NCBI RefSeq assembly: GCF_006345805.1
Contig: NC_043007.1
Location: 16,244,001 to 16,308,000, forward strand
Length of the DNA: 64,000 nt
Direction of reading: 5' to 3'
From: Octopus sinensis
Taxonomy: Eukaryota
A program made the position numbers and the translations under genes. How positions within the stretch are numbered: the stretch's first letter is position 1; every line of letters begins with the position of its first letter. Positions 62,498 to 64,000 of the stretch are shown here, one piece after another. Below the pieces are notes generated by a model. The model was not told the DNA's origin. It did not search any database and saw only the letters and a program-made list of their open reading frames with translations.

Positions 62498-62640
62498 TTG
62501 GGTTGTCCGGAAAGTTCGTGCCGAATTATAGTAGCTTACCATCCGACTTATTTTAGAACATGGTTGAGTCCATAAAATAGGATTTGACTACATCTCCATT
62601 TAGAGCACAGTTTAAGCTATCTTTCCGTGGAAGAAGGTTT
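62498..62640 (-). mobile_element. Possible mariner 3' end
   Basis: TA followed by TIR-like TTGGGTTGTCCGGAAAGTTC. The protein signal is weak. Confidence 0.4.
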
Positions 62641-62897
62641 ATGTGGCGTATGTGCTCCCCACCCCCCAGCTGGACGGGACACCAGTCCATGGCAGCGTTA
62701 CTCAAGAAACAGGAAGAAAGAGTGAGAGAAAGTTGTGGCGAAAGAGTACAACAGGGGTCACCACCACCCACTGCCGGAGCCTCGTGGAGCTTTTAAATGT
62801 TTTCGCTCAATACACACAACGCCCGGTCTGGGAATCGAAACAGCGATCCTCTGACCGCGTGTCCGCTGCCCTAACCACTGGGCCATTGCGCCTCCAC
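62640..62897 (-). mobile_element. SINE family C head with V-domain-like tail
   Basis: The minus strand shows a C core followed by GCCATGGACTGGTGTCCCGTCCAG. Confidence 0.75.
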
Positions 62898-62989
62898 ATT
62901 CTCCCCCACCCCCACCCCACCCCACCCCACCCCACCCCACCCCCACTCCCACTCCCACCCCACCCCACCCATCAGAACGACATTATTTG

Positions 62990-63152
62990 TACAGGTGCAA
63001 CGGGTGCCACATGTCAGATGTCGAAATGATCGCGCAGAGAACGGGAAATGAAGTGTTTTGCTCAAGAACACAGCGGAACGCCCGGTCTGGAAATCGAACC
63101 CACGATCTCGCAATCGTGAGTGCAACACCTTAACCACTAAGCTACGCGCCTT
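62990..63152 (-). mobile_element. SINE family D fragment
   Basis: Reverse tRNA-like head plus CTTGAGCAAAACAC. Confidence 0.6.
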
Positions 63153-63312
63153 CCCTCTATATGTATAAATTTTCTGAAAGTTTATCTAAATACAACGTTG
63201 TCAGGGCGATCCAAATTTGGTGAAATTCAATTCAAATTTCATTAATTTTGGATCGCCTTGAGAACGTTGTATTAACATATACTCTGGGAAATATTAATAT
63301 AATTTTCATGAT

Positions 63313-63388
<76 letters not shown>

Positions 63389-63394
63389 GTGTGT

Positions 63395-63501
63395 GACCAA
63401 TAGAAATAATTTTCGGCTTTATAAAGTGAGATCTGTATAAACTTCTCTATACACATTTTTGTTGTGTGTGTCTGTGTGTGTGTGTGTGTATGTGTATGTA
63501 T

Positions 63502-63534
<33 letters not shown>

Positions 63535-63621
63535 GTGTTTGTGTGTGTGACCAATAGAAATAATTTTCGGCTTTATAAAGTGAGATCTGTATAAACTTCT
63601 CTATACACATTTTTGTTGTGT

Positions 63622-63630
<9 letters not shown>
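63395..63630. repeat. 154-bp tandem duplication (70-bp unique core plus TG repeat)
   Basis: GACCAATAGAAATAATTTTCGGC...CACATTTTTGTTG occurs at 63395 and 63549. Confidence 0.9.
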
Positions 63631-63653
<23 letters not shown>

Positions 63654-63686
63654 TTGTGGTGTGTGTGTGTGTGTATGTATTGTGTA

Positions 63687-63722
<36 letters not shown>

Positions 63723-64000
63723 GTCATACATATATGAATGCGTGTGTCTATCTATGCATATACAATGTCAGATATAAGGTAATGGCGGCTCTCTAGCATG
63801 TGTCAAAACATGGGTCGCCAATGAAAAAAAAATTTCATTTTATGTGTTGCTATTAAGTGTTACCCTGGTAATAATTACCACGGTAACGACTTAGTAAAAC
63901 ATTTTATACCTTTACAATTATACAATTTACGGAGCTTCATAATATCACAAACACAAGAAACGTGTATAAGCATGCGCGCGCACATATATGTTTGTTTTGT

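Overview
This is AT-rich eukaryotic DNA, almost certainly from an octopus or another coleoid cephalopod. That call rests on my recognition of the SINE families and the extreme microsatellite load; I ran no database search. No host gene can be called with confidence. Almost all ORFs in the supplied track are translations of microsatellites, and the few real protein signatures are decayed transposon fragments. Those fragments are an R4/Dong-type RLE retrotransposon, CR1- and Jockey-type LINEs, RTE LINEs, and several mariner, Tc1 and pogo relics. The window also holds four tRNA-derived SINE families (my labels A-D), mariner-, hAT- and MULE-type MITEs, a probable Helentron-associated element and Penelope-type repeats. 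The main observations are: (1) SINE-A forms head-to-tail ~184-bp multimers that always restart at the same internal nucleotide; (2) an R4-type element sits inside (CATA)n; (3) there are several hammerhead-like cores and one degenerate HDV-like fold; (4) there is a 730-bp palindrome with hairpins nested inside it; (5) SINE heads and tails are exchanged at a fixed point; (6) two isolated hairpins have pre-miRNA-like geometry. Coordinates were counted by hand and may be off by a few bases.
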